A stretch of 64,000 nucleotides of DNA, from the NCBI GenBank assembly GCA_963674865.2, contig CAXXYE010000007.1:64001-128000 (forward strand). The letters run 5' to 3'. A program made the translations under genes and the position numbers. This DNA comes from Candidatus Hydrogenedentota bacterium. GTDB lineage: Bacteria; Hydrogenedentota; Hydrogenedentia; Hydrogenedentales; SLHB01. The notes beneath the pieces are model-generated. The model was not told the origin of the DNA. It saw only the letters and a program-made list of their open reading frames with translations, and did no database searches. Below, one piece after another: positions 39,531 through 50,204 of the stretch. Numbering within the stretch: the stretch's first letter is position 1; each line of letters starts with the position of its first letter.

Positions 39531-40037
39531 ATGAACCGTTTGGACAATGATCGCAATGCTTGGGGGTGGCCCAACTTGATGCTGTGGGCGCTTTGTCTCG
39601 GTGTCGGTTTGGTGCCGGACAAAGTGTTCTATCTTTTCCGCGATATAGCGGCCGTGCCCACCCAGAGAGCCCTTGTCAACCACCCGATGATGATCAGCGT
39701 CGCCCTTGCCATCTATGTGGCCCTCTTCGTCTTGCGGCAGTGCCGTCTTCTCGGCTGCGAGGAATCAGGAGCCGAAGCCCGAGCGCTCCAGGCCGGCGTA
39801 ATCGCTCTTGTGGCCTTCCTGCCCGGTGTTGTGGACGTGTTGTTCGCCGTTGGCGACATCGCCGACCCGCGGCTGCGTAGATTCGTCTATCTGGCCGGCG
39901 CCGGAAAACTGACATGCTGGTTCTATCTCTCCATGTTGATGTTCCGCTGCTACGCCCTTGGACATCATCGCGCGTTTGTCACCATGCTTCTGGGGGATAT
40001 GCCGAGAGAACGTCAACCAAGAGAATCGAGACTCTAG
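39531..40037 (+). CDS. Hypothetical membrane protein (~4 TM)
   Basis: GGAGG RBS and four hydrophobic segments. Confidence 0.65.
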   Translation: MNRLDNDRNAWGWPNLMLWALCLGVGLVPDKVFYLFRDIAAVPTQRALVNHPMMISVALAIYVALFVLRQCRLLGCEESGAEARALQAGVIALVAFLPGVVDVLFAVGDIADPRLRRFVYLAGAGKLTCWFYLSMLMFRCYALGHHRAFVTMLLGDMPRERQPRESRL

Positions 40038-40327
40038 GCGACGTGCGCCACTAATTGTCGCGAGGTCCAATGCCGCTTCAGGGCGCCGATCTTCTAAGGG
40101 ATGCACCGGGCCTATGTCCTTCTTGTGGTGGCGAGATATCAGGTAAGACTAATGCACACAGGGCTTATTTGTAATCCATATTACATATTATTGCCTATCG
40201 ACATAAGTGTGTAAAATGATAAATACCGTTTGGTAGGATGTTTCTCCAGCGGATTTATCTCGGAAGACCTGTTAGATCAATGGATTACGGCGGGCGAAAA
40301 AAAGAACGTCATCCCGCGAAAAAGGTG

Positions 40328-40356
40328 TTGCGTTTGAGCTATAGTTTGGGTAAACT
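40328..40356 (+). promoter_or_regulatory. Sigma70 promoter upstream of the cohesin-domain gene
   Basis: TTGCGT, 17-bp spacer, TAAACT. Confidence 0.55.
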
Positions 40357-40401
40357 CAACAGAGAAGGTTCCTTATGGGGAATCTTCCGCGGTGAACGCG
40401 C

Positions 40402-41448
40402 ATGAGTCGCGTAGCTTGCAGTCTTATATCGGCATGGATGTTAGTAGGGGTAAGTCCTCAGGTAGGGGGAATTTTACGCATTGCTAACGTCCCGACAGTT
40501 GAAACTACGCAGTTCACGGTTCCTGTGACGTTGGAGGGCCAGGGAGTCGCCTCCTTGGATTTTCGACTCAACTACGATCCGGAAGTGCTCCGGCCCGTGT
40601 CTGCAACGGCAGGCGCTGCCGCGGCATCGGCAGGCAAGGTAGTGCAGACACGAGTCGTGTCGGCGGGTGAGCTTGCTGTTCTCATGATGGGCATGAATCA
40701 GACGACGTTGGACGGCGGCGAAGTCGTCCGCATCAAGATGGAAGTGCTCAACGAAACAGCCGGCGCCACGGAGCTTTCCGTCACTCGCACCACGCTTGCC
40801 TCGGAGGAGGGCACGAGGCTCGCTTCCCAAGGCAGTAAGGAGAGCGTGCAGATCGGGAACTCCGACGCGGACGAGGGCGACAGCGAGGCTGAAGACGAGG
40901 ACGAAGACGATGAGTCGTCCTCAGACGAAGACGAAAGCGGCGTCGATGCCGGACAGGACGCGGCGCAGCAATCCGTCGAGTCGTCGACAGGCGCTACTGG
41001 CGTGTCAGAGGGGACACCCGTGCAAGGCCCGGATGCCGGCGAGTCCGGTTCGGACGCAGTGGATAGCGGAAAGCGCCTGGAGCGCATCGCCAAGGCCATG
41101 AAAGAGGCCGGCCGCATGCTCGCGAAGATGCCCGCCTCAAATGCCGGTACGTCGGCGGATGAGACTACGGCCGACGAGAGCGGCGCCGAGGACGAGGCGA
41201 GTTCCACGAAGCCGGAAGTATCACAGGATGAAGATGACGCCCCTGCCGAGGAGTCTCTTGAGAGGCCAACGGCGATTGGGCCGAACGCCTATACAGTTGA
41301 AAGAGATAATGAGCCGCATTCCGCAGTTGGAACGAAGCCGCCGCGTCCCGGCGAGCCGCATCAAGGCGGCAAGGGGAAGTGGGCACTGGCGGCAGTGCTG
41401 GCCCTCTTGGCTGGCGTGTTGCTTCTACGGCGGAAACTGACGGTTTAG
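40402..41448 (+). CDS. Cohesin-like domain protein with acidic linker and C-terminal membrane anchor
   Basis: FTVPVTL...VASLDFRLNYDPEVLRPVSATAGAAA...GEVVRIKM is cohesin-like; D/E-rich linker; WALAAVLALLAGVLLLRRK tail. Confidence 0.75.
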   Translation: MSRVACSLISAWMLVGVSPQVGGILRIANVPTVETTQFTVPVTLEGQGVASLDFRLNYDPEVLRPVSATAGAAAASAGKVVQTRVVSAGELAVLMMGMNQTTLDGGEVVRIKMEVLNETAGATELSVTRTTLASEEGTRLASQGSKESVQIGNSDADEGDSEAEDEDEDDESSSDEDESGVDAGQDAAQQSVESSTGATGVSEGTPVQGPDAGESGSDAVDSGKRLERIAKAMKEAGRMLAKMPASNAGTSADETTADESGAEDEASSTKPEVSQDEDDAPAEESLERPTAIGPNAYTVERDNEPHSAVGTKPPRPGEPHQGGKGKWALAAVLALLAGVLLLRRKLTV

Positions 41449-41522
41449 ATTCTTCCCCCGAAGAAGAGGATGTTTAGTCCTCTGCGGATCTCTGACGCAA
41501 CGTTGGAGTGACGCACCTCACC

Positions 41523-41566
41523 GGAGATGCCGGGCGCCCCCTCCCGGCATCTCCACCCCCTTTTTT
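41523..41566 (+). terminator. Intrinsic terminator-like hairpin
   Basis: GGAGATGCCGGG, 8-nt loop, CCCGGCATCTCC, then ACCCCC and T6, between convergent genes. Confidence 0.6.
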
Positions 41567-41608
41567 CTGTAAGCATATTTTTTACCTCAAACATCAACTC
41601 GGCTTCTT

Positions 41609-42589
41609 CTATTCCTCCGTGCCCTCTTGCTGCTCCGCGTCGATGCTATTCGACAGAATCAACCTATCCTGTTGCAGAAGCCATGCGATTGCGTCGTTCA
41701 CAACGCGCTCCGTGTGCTCCCGATCAAGCCCAATGTGATTGGAGTCATACCAAGTCATTGCCTTGGGCTCCCCGGCCGCGTCGAATAAGGCTTGGGCGGC
41801 GGCGGGCGGAATAAGCGCGTCGTGCCGGCCGTTCTGGAACAGCACGGGCCGGGGGGCGATATCGGCGACGTGCTTCACCGGATCCGCGGGCGCCAGAAAC
41901 CATGCCGCTGCGTATACGGCCGGCCGGAGCCAGAAGGCCAGCAATTTGGCTGCTTCCTCGCTGGCAAGCAAGCGTGGCAAATCACCGCCGCCGTAGGTGA
42001 TGGCCGCCGCTGCGACGCGTTTGTCGAAAGCTGCAACATTGCACCCGGTTATGGCGCCGTAGCTTGCTCCGCAGATGTAGATCCTTCGCATATCAATATC
42101 CGCCCGCGTTGCCAAGTAGTCGATGAGCCGCCTCGACTCGATGACGGTGAAAGCGGCCCTATGCCGGAAGGCGAGTACCTCCTCGAGCACGTTGGCCTCT
42201 TTGAGGCGGCGCTCACCTCGCATAAACTGATCGAAGGTGGCCACGGCGAATCCGGCCGCAACAAAAGGCGGTGCGATTTCGTCCAAGAACTCCTTGTCCT
42301 GGCCGATGCCGTGTAGGAATAGGATGCACGGCCAAGGGGGCGCCGACGTTTCGGGCAAGGCAAGCGCGGCAGGGACGGGGCGGCCAGGCAACCCATCGAA
42401 GGTGAAGTCTGTGCGCGTGTAGCCGGGGTGCTCCAGGCTCTGTCGCAGAGCGATGTTCAGCGGGGCGGCCACATCGTAGCCATCATAGTAGTGGGCGTCG
42501 CAATGCGCTTTGGCAAGCACGACAACGGCCGGCACGACAAGTGCGGCCGAGGAAAGGACGAGGAGCAGGCGTTTGCTTTTTGTTTTCAC
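41609..42589 (-). CDS. Alpha/beta hydrolase (esterase-like) with N-terminal anchor
   Basis: ILFLHGIG, nucleophile GASYG, NGRHDALIP, YDSNH. GTG start 42589 with GAGG RBS. Confidence 0.88.
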   Translation of the reverse strand: MKTKSKRLLLVLSSAALVVPAVVVLAKAHCDAHYYDGYDVAAPLNIALRQSLEHPGYTRTDFTFDGLPGRPVPAALALPETSAPPWPCILFLHGIGQDKEFLDEIAPPFVAAGFAVATFDQFMRGERRLKEANVLEEVLAFRHRAAFTVIESRRLIDYLATRADIDMRRIYICGASYGAITGCNVAAFDKRVAAAAITYGGGDLPRLLASEEAAKLLAFWLRPAVYAAAWFLAPADPVKHVADIAPRPVLFQNGRHDALIPPAAAQALFDAAGEPKAMTWYDSNHIGLDREHTERVVNDAIAWLLQQDRLILSNSIDAEQQEGTEE

Positions 42590-42762
42590 GCGGACGAGTT
42601 TCCTCAAGCGGAGCAGCCGAGGGGCTATTGTATCCTCACTTGCCTCGCAGCGACAAAGGCGTGGCAATGGGCTCACCGGCCTGCCTATAATCCAAGGCGT
42701 GCGGACGAGTCCACAAACGATGGCGAATGTCCATGCCGACAGGAGCCGTATGGGAGGTGAGG

Positions 42763-45009
42763 ATGAAGGGGCTAGCCACGTTGGCCATGGTGGGCCTATG
42801 TCTATCGCTGGTTGCCGGCGGGTGTGTCACCCGCGGCGGGGAGGGTGCTATGGCCACCTTGTACGTGTCGCCCGAGGGCAATGACGCCTGGACGGGCGCG
42901 CTCGCGGCGCCGAACGAGGACGGCACGGACGGCCCCGTGGCCTCCTTGCAGCGAGCACAAGCCCGGGCGCGCGCCCTCAAGGCATCGACAACGCGCGACG
43001 AAGGAGTGAGCGTGCTCGTGCGCGAAGGCACGTACTATCTCACGGAGCCTCTCCTATTCGGCCCGGAGGACAGCGGCGCGCCAGGGCGGCCGACGATATA
43101 CCGGGCCTATCCAGGTGAACGGGCTAGACTCGTGGGCGGCGTCTCCGCCACTGACTTCGTTCCTCATGAGGGAGAAATCCTGCGCTGCGAGACGTCTTCC
43201 TTGGCTTCGGGCCAGGCGTTCACCCAGTTGTTCTGCCGCGGCGAACGCCAACCTCTGGCGCGCTGGCCCAACAAGAACGCCCAGGGCCTTCCGGGAGGGA
43301 CATGGGCCTACGTGGCCTCCCAAGTTGAGGATGATCCCAAGCGCGCTTTCTTCTATTACGGCGACCGCCCCCGCCAATGGAGGAGGATGGCCGGCTGCCA
43401 GGTTTCCATCTGGCCGAATTACAACTGGTGGCAGACTATCGAGGAGGTTGCCTCAGCGGACGTCGAACGCCGGATTGTGACGCTGAAGAAAGAGCTGCCC
43501 TACACCATCGAGCCCGGCCGCCGCTACTTCTTTCAGAACCTGCTCGAGGAGCTGGACGCGCCCGGCGAATGGTATTTTGATCGCGGCGCGGGCGTGCTCT
43601 ATTTCTGGCCCCCCTGCCCGTTGGCGCCTGGGGATGTGACACTGCCGATACTCGATAGCGCCGTGATGCTGTCGGGCGTGCAGGAGTTTGTCCTGCGCGG
43701 ATTCATCATCGAGGGTGTTAACGGCGACGCCGTGCAGGTGACGGACTCCGAGCGCTGCCTCATCGCCGCGAACACCATCCGGAACACGGGCGGATTCGGG
43801 ATTGCCGTCCGCGAGGGCCGAGAGAACCGCGTCGTGGGCAATGACGTGTACGGGACGGGACGCGGCGGCATTGTGCTGTCCGGGGGGGATCGGAAGACGC
43901 TCACCGCCGCGGGACACGAAGCGGTGAACAACCACATTCACGACTTCGGCCAGCTTTACCAGACGTACCAAACGGGCGTCAATGTGTCTGGCGTCGGCAA
44001 TCGCGTGGCGCACAACCTGATCCACGACGCGCCTCACATCGGCATCCTGCTGGGCGGCAACGAGCACGTACTCGAGTTCAATGAGATCCACCATGTTTGC
44101 ATGGAGGGCGCGGACAACGGCGGCTTCTACATGGGCCGGGACTGGACGCAGCGCGGGAATGTACTTCGGTTCAACGCTTTCCACGACATCTATGGCTTCG
44201 GCCTGTCCCACCTCAGGCCCAACGCCGAGGGGCGTTACACGTATGAGACGCCCCACCAGGCGTGGGGCGTGTATCTCGACGACTGCTCGAGCGGCACGAC
44301 GCTCTTCGGCAACATCTTCTACCGCGTGCCGCTGTGCGGCGTAATGATCGGCGGCGGGCGGGACAACGTGGTCGAGAACAACGTGTTCGTCGACTGCGTG
44401 CCGGCCTTGCACATCGATGATCGCTGGGACTCCTACTGCTGGGATGTGATGTTCGAGCGGCTCGAAGCCATGAACTACCGCGAGCCGCCGTATAGCGAGC
44501 GCTATCCGGAGTTGTTGACCATGGGCGACGATCCGCGTAAGCCCGAGCACAACCGGTTCGTTAGAAACATAGTCTCTTACTCCTACGATGATTTCCGCGG
44601 CCTCAGTTCGACGCGGCGCTCCGAGGGCGCGGCTGTCGTCTACGACTTCGATCAGTTCGATCCGGACACCACCGTCATCGACGAGAACGTCATTCACCAT
44701 TTTGGCCTGCCGCTGCGCGTCCGCTACACGGTGTACGAGCGGAAGGGCGGCGGCACGATCTCGTGGGAGGAATGGCGGGCCAAAGGGTTCGACGCAAAGA
44801 CCATTGTGGGCGATCCCGGATTCGTTGACGCCGAAGCCGATGACTATCGGCTTCGGAAGGGTTCGCCGGCGCTCGCACTAGGCTTCGAGCGGATTCCGTT
44901 CGACAAGATCGGCCTCTACCAGGACGAGTACCGCGCTTCGTGGCCGCCACCGTCCGACGCGCGCCGCGAGGGCGTCGAACGGCGCGTCTATGAGGTGCAG
45001 ATTCCCTGA
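42763..45009 (+). CDS. Right-handed parallel beta-helix lipoprotein (GH141-like architecture)
   Basis: Lipobox VAGG-C; LYVSPEGNDAWTG...DGPVASL; ELDAPGEWY; PbH1 repeats (HNLIHDAPH, DNGGFY, GVYLDD). Confidence 0.88.
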   Translation: MKGLATLAMVGLCLSLVAGGCVTRGGEGAMATLYVSPEGNDAWTGALAAPNEDGTDGPVASLQRAQARARALKASTTRDEGVSVLVREGTYYLTEPLLFGPEDSGAPGRPTIYRAYPGERARLVGGVSATDFVPHEGEILRCETSSLASGQAFTQLFCRGERQPLARWPNKNAQGLPGGTWAYVASQVEDDPKRAFFYYGDRPRQWRRMAGCQVSIWPNYNWWQTIEEVASADVERRIVTLKKELPYTIEPGRRYFFQNLLEELDAPGEWYFDRGAGVLYFWPPCPLAPGDVTLPILDSAVMLSGVQEFVLRGFIIEGVNGDAVQVTDSERCLIAANTIRNTGGFGIAVREGRENRVVGNDVYGTGRGGIVLSGGDRKTLTAAGHEAVNNHIHDFGQLYQTYQTGVNVSGVGNRVAHNLIHDAPHIGILLGGNEHVLEFNEIHHVCMEGADNGGFYMGRDWTQRGNVLRFNAFHDIYGFGLSHLRPNAEGRYTYETPHQAWGVYLDDCSSGTTLFGNIFYRVPLCGVMIGGGRDNVVENNVFVDCVPALHIDDRWDSYCWDVMFERLEAMNYREPPYSERYPELLTMGDDPRKPEHNRFVRNIVSYSYDDFRGLSSTRRSEGAAVVYDFDQFDPDTTVIDENVIHHFGLPLRVRYTVYERKGGGTISWEEWRAKGFDAKTIVGDPGFVDAEADDYRLRKGSPALALGFERIPFDKIGLYQDEYRASWPPPSDARREGVERRVYEVQIP

Positions 45010-45096
45010 GCTCTTGCCCGAGCTTTATGTGATATGGCGAGTGAAATGGCTGTCTTGCTCTGAGTTTGTTGTTGTTTAGCACATGGGAGATGCGAG

Positions 45097-46470
45097 ATGA
45101 GCGATTACGTGTTTGGCGAGCGGAAGATCCCTCTCGATGATTCGTGGGACGTCATTGTCGTTGGCGGAGGCCCGGCGGGGGCGACGGCGGCGACGGCGGC
45201 CGCGCGCGAAGGCGCGCGCACGCTGCTGATCGAGGCGACTGGCGCGCTCGGCGGTATGGGCACCTTGGGCTTGGTGCCGTGGTTCTGCGGCTATCATGAT
45301 CGCGAGAAGATCATCGCCCGCGGACTGGCAGAGCGTATCCTCCATGCGTGCCGCGACGGTATGCCGCATCTGCGCAAGGCTCTCGAAGCGAATCCGCTTG
45401 CCTCACCCGCGATCGATCCGGAACTCCTCAAGCGCATCTACGACGATCTCACGACGGAGGCCGGCGCCGAAGTCCTCTTCCAGACGCAGCTATGCGCCGT
45501 CGAGAAGGACGCCGACGACGTGGTATCCGCGGTGATCGTGGCCAATAAACGCGGCCTGGTTGCCTACAAGGCCCTCGTCTATGTCGACGGCACCGGTGAT
45601 GGCGATCTCGCGACTTGGGCCGGGGCGCCCTTCGAGAAGGGCGATGAAAACGGCGACATGCAGCCCGGCACGCACTGCTTCGCCATCACCAACGTGGACG
45701 AGTACGCCTTGAAAAACGGCCCGCGCGTCCATTTCTTCGATCCGGACAGCCCGATCCACAAGGCCATTCGCTCTGATAAGTATCCCAACATCAAGGAATT
45801 CCATTCGTGCAGCATGCCCATCGGCCCCGGCACCATCAGCTTCAACACCGGGCACGTATACGAGGTGGATAATACCGATCCAGCGAACCTGTCCAAGGCC
45901 CTGAAGCTGGGGCGGAAGATGGCCGCTGAGTACCGCAACGCCTTTGCGGAGTTCCTGCCCGCCTTCGCCAATTCCTTCCTCGTGGCCACGGGCGCCCTCA
46001 TGGGCATCCGCGAGACGCGGCGCATCATGGGCGACTATGTGCTTTGTGCGGACGACTACCGGGCCCGGCGCAGCTTCCCCGACGAGATATGCCGCAACGC
46101 CTACGGCATCGACGTGCACGGCGGCCGCAAACTGGCACTCGGATTCACAAAGATGAGCATAGACGAGGTTCGCAAAGTCATCAGTGAAGGCACGGAGAAT
46201 TACGGGCCGGGGGAGAGCATGGGCGTACCTTATCGCTGCCTGACGCCCAAAGGATTGCGCAATGTGCTCGTTTCCGGCCGGTGCATCTCGACGGATCGCC
46301 CCGCCAACGGAAGCACGCGCATCATGGCCTGCTGTCTTAACACCGGCGAGGCGGCCGGGACTGCCGCCGCCATGGCCGCCGAAGGCGACAAGGATGTCCA
46401 CAGCGTGGATACGGATGCGCTTCGGGCGAAGTTGAAGGAGCACGGCGCGTACCTGCCCGACAACAACTAG
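45097..46470 (+). CDS. FAD-dependent oxidoreductase (PF12831-like)
   Basis: DVIVVGGGPAG, AAREGART, VDGTGDGD, GIRETRRI, VPYRCL, SGRCIS, GEAAGTAAA. Confidence 0.92.
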   Translation: MSDYVFGERKIPLDDSWDVIVVGGGPAGATAATAAAREGARTLLIEATGALGGMGTLGLVPWFCGYHDREKIIARGLAERILHACRDGMPHLRKALEANPLASPAIDPELLKRIYDDLTTEAGAEVLFQTQLCAVEKDADDVVSAVIVANKRGLVAYKALVYVDGTGDGDLATWAGAPFEKGDENGDMQPGTHCFAITNVDEYALKNGPRVHFFDPDSPIHKAIRSDKYPNIKEFHSCSMPIGPGTISFNTGHVYEVDNTDPANLSKALKLGRKMAAEYRNAFAEFLPAFANSFLVATGALMGIRETRRIMGDYVLCADDYRARRSFPDEICRNAYGIDVHGGRKLALGFTKMSIDEVRKVISEGTENYGPGESMGVPYRCLTPKGLRNVLVSGRCISTDRPANGSTRIMACCLNTGEAAGTAAAMAAEGDKDVHSVDTDALRAKLKEHGAYLPDNN

Positions 46471-46507
46471 GTTATAGATCGCCTGTGCGGTGCCAGGGCG
46501 GCCCCGT

Positions 46508-47899
46508 TCAGCGTGGACAGCCTTGGGCGCGCCGCTCGGACATGAGCCGCTCGAGATCCGCCACGACTTCGGGGAATTGGCCCGCGATGTTCTCCGATTC
46601 CCGAGGATCGCTCTCGAGGTCGTAGAGCTGAGTGGCGTCCCGTGGACTTGGCCGCACGGCCTTCCATGAGCCCACGCGAATGGCCTGGCTCAGCTCAAGT
46701 GTCTGCAACTCCCAGTAGAGGTCGGTGTGCTCTTCCTGTGCACGCCCGGCCCGCTCCGCGCCCACCAGCTCGGGCAGGAGGGACAGGCCGTCCACGTCGT
46801 TCGCGCCGGCGGCCCCGGTAAGTTCCGCCAGCGTGGGGAATACGTCCCACGCCGCGCAGACGTGGTTCGACACGCGTCCCGGCGTGATCATGCCCGGCCA
46901 CCAGGCGAGCATAGGCACGCGTATCCCGCCTTCATACAGCGTCCATTTCATCCCTCGCAGCCCTCCCGCGCTGTCGAAGAAGCTTGGGGCGACGCCGCCT
47001 TCACGGTGTGGGCCGTTATCGCTGGTGAACAGCACCAGCGTGTTCTCGGCAAGCCCCTGCTCATCCAGCGCGTCGAGCAGCCGTCCCACATCGCGGTCGA
47101 GGCGGCTTACCATGGCGGCGTAGTTCTTCTGAACCTGTGGCCACGACTCCGCCGTGTAAGGCGCATCGCTCGGGACGGGCAGCGGCCTGCGGCCCCACAA
47201 TGGCCCCAGCGTATCGGCATGCGGGATGGTGTAGGCCAGATACATGAAGAACGGCTGCTCATGCGACGCATTCACCTGCGCCAGCGCTTCCTTCGTGAAG
47301 AGATCGTGCGAGTAGGCCGTCTTTCGCCGCCGCAGGAAATTCCCTCGAACGGGCACGAAGAACCTGTCCCGAAAAAGCAAGCCGGGATAGTAGTTCTGCG
47401 CGTGGAAGGCGCCGAGATAGCCGAACCAGTGATCGAATCCGTGCAGCGTGGGAATTCCGTGGGAGCGCAGATCGCCCACGCCCCATTTGCCCACTCCCGA
47501 GGTGGCGTAGCCGCGTTCGCGGAGGATACTCGCGATCGTGGCCTCACCGGGCGCCAGCGCCCCGCCCGGATATTGCTGCATGCGGCCCCCGACGGAGCGG
47601 TTTCCCGTCAGCAAGGCTGCGCGCGATGGCGCGCACACCGAACTCCCCGCGTAGAATTGCGTGAATCGGAGCCCCTCCGCCGCCATGCGATCGAGAGCGG
47701 GCGTCTCGATGCATTCCTGGCCATAGCAGCCCAAATCGCCATAGCCGAGATCATCGGTGACGATAAGAATGATGTTGGGTGTTGCGGCGTCCGCCTTGGC
47801 GGCCCGAGTGGGCGCGCGCCGCACATACTTCAGTGTGAATCCCGCGCAGGCCAATCCACCCAACCGGCCGAGCATCTCCCGTCGCGTCAACTCCCGCAT
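46508..47899 (-). CDS. Tat-exported arylsulfatase-family (Cys-type) sulfatase
   Basis: [50 protein letters not shown]. Confidence 0.95.
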   Translation of the reverse strand: MRELTRREMLGRLGGLACAGFTLKYVRRAPTRAAKADAATPNIILIVTDDLGYGDLGCYGQECIETPALDRMAAEGLRFTQFYAGSSVCAPSRAALLTGNRSVGGRMQQYPGGALAPGEATIASILRERGYATSGVGKWGVGDLRSHGIPTLHGFDHWFGYLGAFHAQNYYPGLLFRDRFFVPVRGNFLRRRKTAYSHDLFTKEALAQVNASHEQPFFMYLAYTIPHADTLGPLWGRRPLPVPSDAPYTAESWPQVQKNYAAMVSRLDRDVGRLLDALDEQGLAENTLVLFTSDNGPHREGGVAPSFFDSAGGLRGMKWTLYEGGIRVPMLAWWPGMITPGRVSNHVCAAWDVFPTLAELTGAAGANDVDGLSLLPELVGAERAGRAQEEHTDLYWELQTLELSQAIRVGSWKAVRPSPRDATQLYDLESDPRESENIAGQFPEVVADLERLMSERRAQGCPR

Positions 47900-48087
47900 G
47901 CCGCCTCCGCTGCACCTTCCGCCGCCGTATTCACGCCGAGAGCATACCATACTGCCTTGCGGTTGTGGGCCATGCCGACGGAGCGGGCGCCGGGCCGCTG
48001 CGACTTTCGCGCGCAGGGCGACTTGATGACTACTACGGCCGTGGAAGAGAATAGGCAGACTCGGGGTATTTCAAGGAGGTAGGTTCG

Positions 48088-48744
48088 GTGGGCTCGGACT
48101 CGGGGAGGCGAAGCTTGGCGGTAGTCGGCGTTCTGATTGCCGTGCTTGGGCCGCTTCTTGCCATGGCGATCTCGCGCATGCTCGGTTTGTCCAGGCTACT
48201 CACCTTCCCCATGCTCCTGGGATTGCCCACAGCCGGCCTGCTCGCCGGCTACGCATACCAGAAGCTCCGCGGTGAGCGGAAGGGGGGCGCTGTGCTGCTC
48301 GATTGCGGCGCGAATCCGTCCGCTTTCACCGATCTCTTCGTCGGCGTGCTGCTGCTCCTGGGCGACGCGGCCCTGATATGCCTCGCACTCCCCATGTGGC
48401 GTTCCCTGAGGGCCGCCGCCGAAGAGCACGCCGAATCCCTGCCATCTCCCTCGCTGATTCTAATATGTACGAGTCTGCTCGCTGTGTACTTCCTTGCGTT
48501 TGCCCTGTGGATGATCGCCTCCGGCCTCGGGCGCCTTCAGATATGCGAACGCGGCATTTGGACATATCGCCGGCTCATCAGGTGGGAAGACATCCGCTGC
48601 TGCACGTGGCACTCGCATTTCACCCTCCTCATCTACACCACCAGCAAGTCCTTCTTCTTTCGCAGAGTCATGATTACTTCGCCGCAGCGCTGCAAGGAGG
48701 AAGCCGACGCGCTTCTCAGGCGCCACACCGAAGTCGTCCCGTGA
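48088..48744 (+). CDS. Hypothetical membrane protein (4 TM plus small C-terminal domain, DUF5673-like)
   Basis: AAGGAGGT RBS and GTG start; QICERGIW...LIRWEDI C-terminal motif. Confidence 0.7.
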   Translation: MGSDSGRRSLAVVGVLIAVLGPLLAMAISRMLGLSRLLTFPMLLGLPTAGLLAGYAYQKLRGERKGGAVLLDCGANPSAFTDLFVGVLLLLGDAALICLALPMWRSLRAAAEEHAESLPSPSLILICTSLLAVYFLAFALWMIASGLGRLQICERGIWTYRRLIRWEDIRCCTWHSHFTLLIYTTSKSFFFRRVMITSPQRCKEEADALLRRHTEVVP

Positions 48745-48840
48745 TGCCTGCCGGTGTGCAACCCTCGCGGCGGGTGGCGTATTCTTTTCTGAGGCGCCCT
48801 GCATTCAGAGTCTCGAGTCGAGCGCCGAAGGAGTGATGCT

Positions 48841-49752
48841 ATGGCCGTGATGCACAGCCTCTACCGCGAAGGCGGCGTTGTCGCCGTTGATGAAAGCACC
48901 TGCACGCGATGCGGCCAGTGCGCCGCCATATGCCCGGCCGAAGTACTGGCCTTGGAGGACGGGCGCATCCGCGTGCGTGATGACACGCCCTTCGGCTGCA
49001 TCGCCTGCGGCCACTGCATGATGACGTGCCCGGAGGGGAGCATTACCGTCACGGGGCGCGGCCTGTCGGCCGATGACTTATTGCCCCTTCCGCCGCGTGA
49101 AGAAAGGGCGTCCGCGGACGCCCTCGCCGCGCTGATGACGGCCCGCCGCAGCGTCCGCCATTTCACCGATGAAGAGGTGGCGCCCGAGTTGCTCGAGCGC
49201 GTCGTCGCGATGGCCGCATCCGCCCCGATGGGCATACCGCCGTGGGACATCGGCTGCGTCATCATCCGGGGCCGCGAGAAGGTGCAGGAGCTGGCCGCCG
49301 AACTCATCAAAGGCTACGAGGGATTCCTCAAGATGTTCAGGCCGTGGATGCTCGCCCTGATGCGCCCATTCATCGGCCGCTCCACCTACGATCAGTTCAG
49401 GCATTTCCTCCGGCCCCTCGCGGAAACCTACGTCAACGGCCGGCGCGAAGGCCGCGACCTCCTCTTCTATGATGCGCCCGCGGTGATCATTCTCCACCAT
49501 TCGCCCTACGCCGATCCCGTGGACGCCGCCATCGCCTGCACCTACGCCATGCTCGCCGCCGAATCGCTGGGCCTGGGCAACACCATCATCGGCGGCGCGC
49601 CGCCTATCTTGCAGCGCAACAAGGCCTTGTGCCGGAAGCTCGGCGTGCCCGAGGGCAACACCCCCTGCTGCGCCTTGATACTCGGCCACCCGCGCACCGC
49701 CTTCAAGCGCGCCATCCGCCGCCACTTCACCAGCGCCACTACCACCGAGTGA
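48841..49752 (+). CDS. Nitroreductase-family protein with N-terminal 2x[4Fe-4S] domain
   Basis: CTRCGQCAAICP and CIACGHCMMTCP; RRSVRHF; LAAESLGLG. Confidence 0.93.
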   Translation: MAVMHSLYREGGVVAVDESTCTRCGQCAAICPAEVLALEDGRIRVRDDTPFGCIACGHCMMTCPEGSITVTGRGLSADDLLPLPPREERASADALAALMTARRSVRHFTDEEVAPELLERVVAMAASAPMGIPPWDIGCVIIRGREKVQELAAELIKGYEGFLKMFRPWMLALMRPFIGRSTYDQFRHFLRPLAETYVNGRREGRDLLFYDAPAVIILHHSPYADPVDAAIACTYAMLAAESLGLGNTIIGGAPPILQRNKALCRKLGVPEGNTPCCALILGHPRTAFKRAIRRHFTSATTTE

Positions 49753-49839
49753 AGATGGGGGAGAGGCCATATCCCTCACGCGTTCTCGCCGGTACGAGGC
49801 AGTCCGCCCGACAAGAGGCACAAGCCGTTCAAGATCGGT

Positions 49840-49925
49840 GAAAAACGGGGACTGACGCAAGCGAAGCGAAGCGCAGACGTGTCTGTCCCTGTTCTTCAAT
49901 TCTGTGAATCTTGTTAATCCTGTCC
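49840..49925. repeat. REP-like imperfect palindrome followed by a short tandem (AATC[C/T]TGT) repeat
   Basis: GAAAAACGGGGACTGACGC...GTGTCTGTCCCTGTTCTTC (15/19 complementary), then TTCTGTGAATCTTGTTAATCCTGTC. Confidence 0.55.
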
Positions 49926-50204
49926 AAGAAGAGGATTCCCTCTCTTCCTCACGCCCATGGTGATTGAGAAGCGCGCAGCCCGCGCCCTCGACACGCTCGT
50001 CCACAACATCACCATGCTTGCGCAGTAGAGAGAACCGGGCGGAGCGTAAAGGCCAAGGTGCGGGAAACTGGCGACACGTGGCGATTCGAGACGCCACAAC
50101 GCCTTTGCCTGGCGTACTGCCGTGGCGTATGCTGGATGACGCACATGAGGTGAGGTGCGTTAGGAGGTAGCGGCGGAGTTGCCGCTGAAGCGTAGAGGGG
50201 AGCG

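Noticed and set aside
40198..40224. Possible dif/Xer site (TTATGTCGA on the minus strand)
   Set aside because: Only a partial XerD-like arm; no XerC arm ending in ATAA at 6-bp spacing.
49753..49856. Possible C-terminal remnant of a RAYT transposase ending KNGD-stop in the palindrome
   Set aside because: Too short and without diagnostic residues to call a pseudogene.
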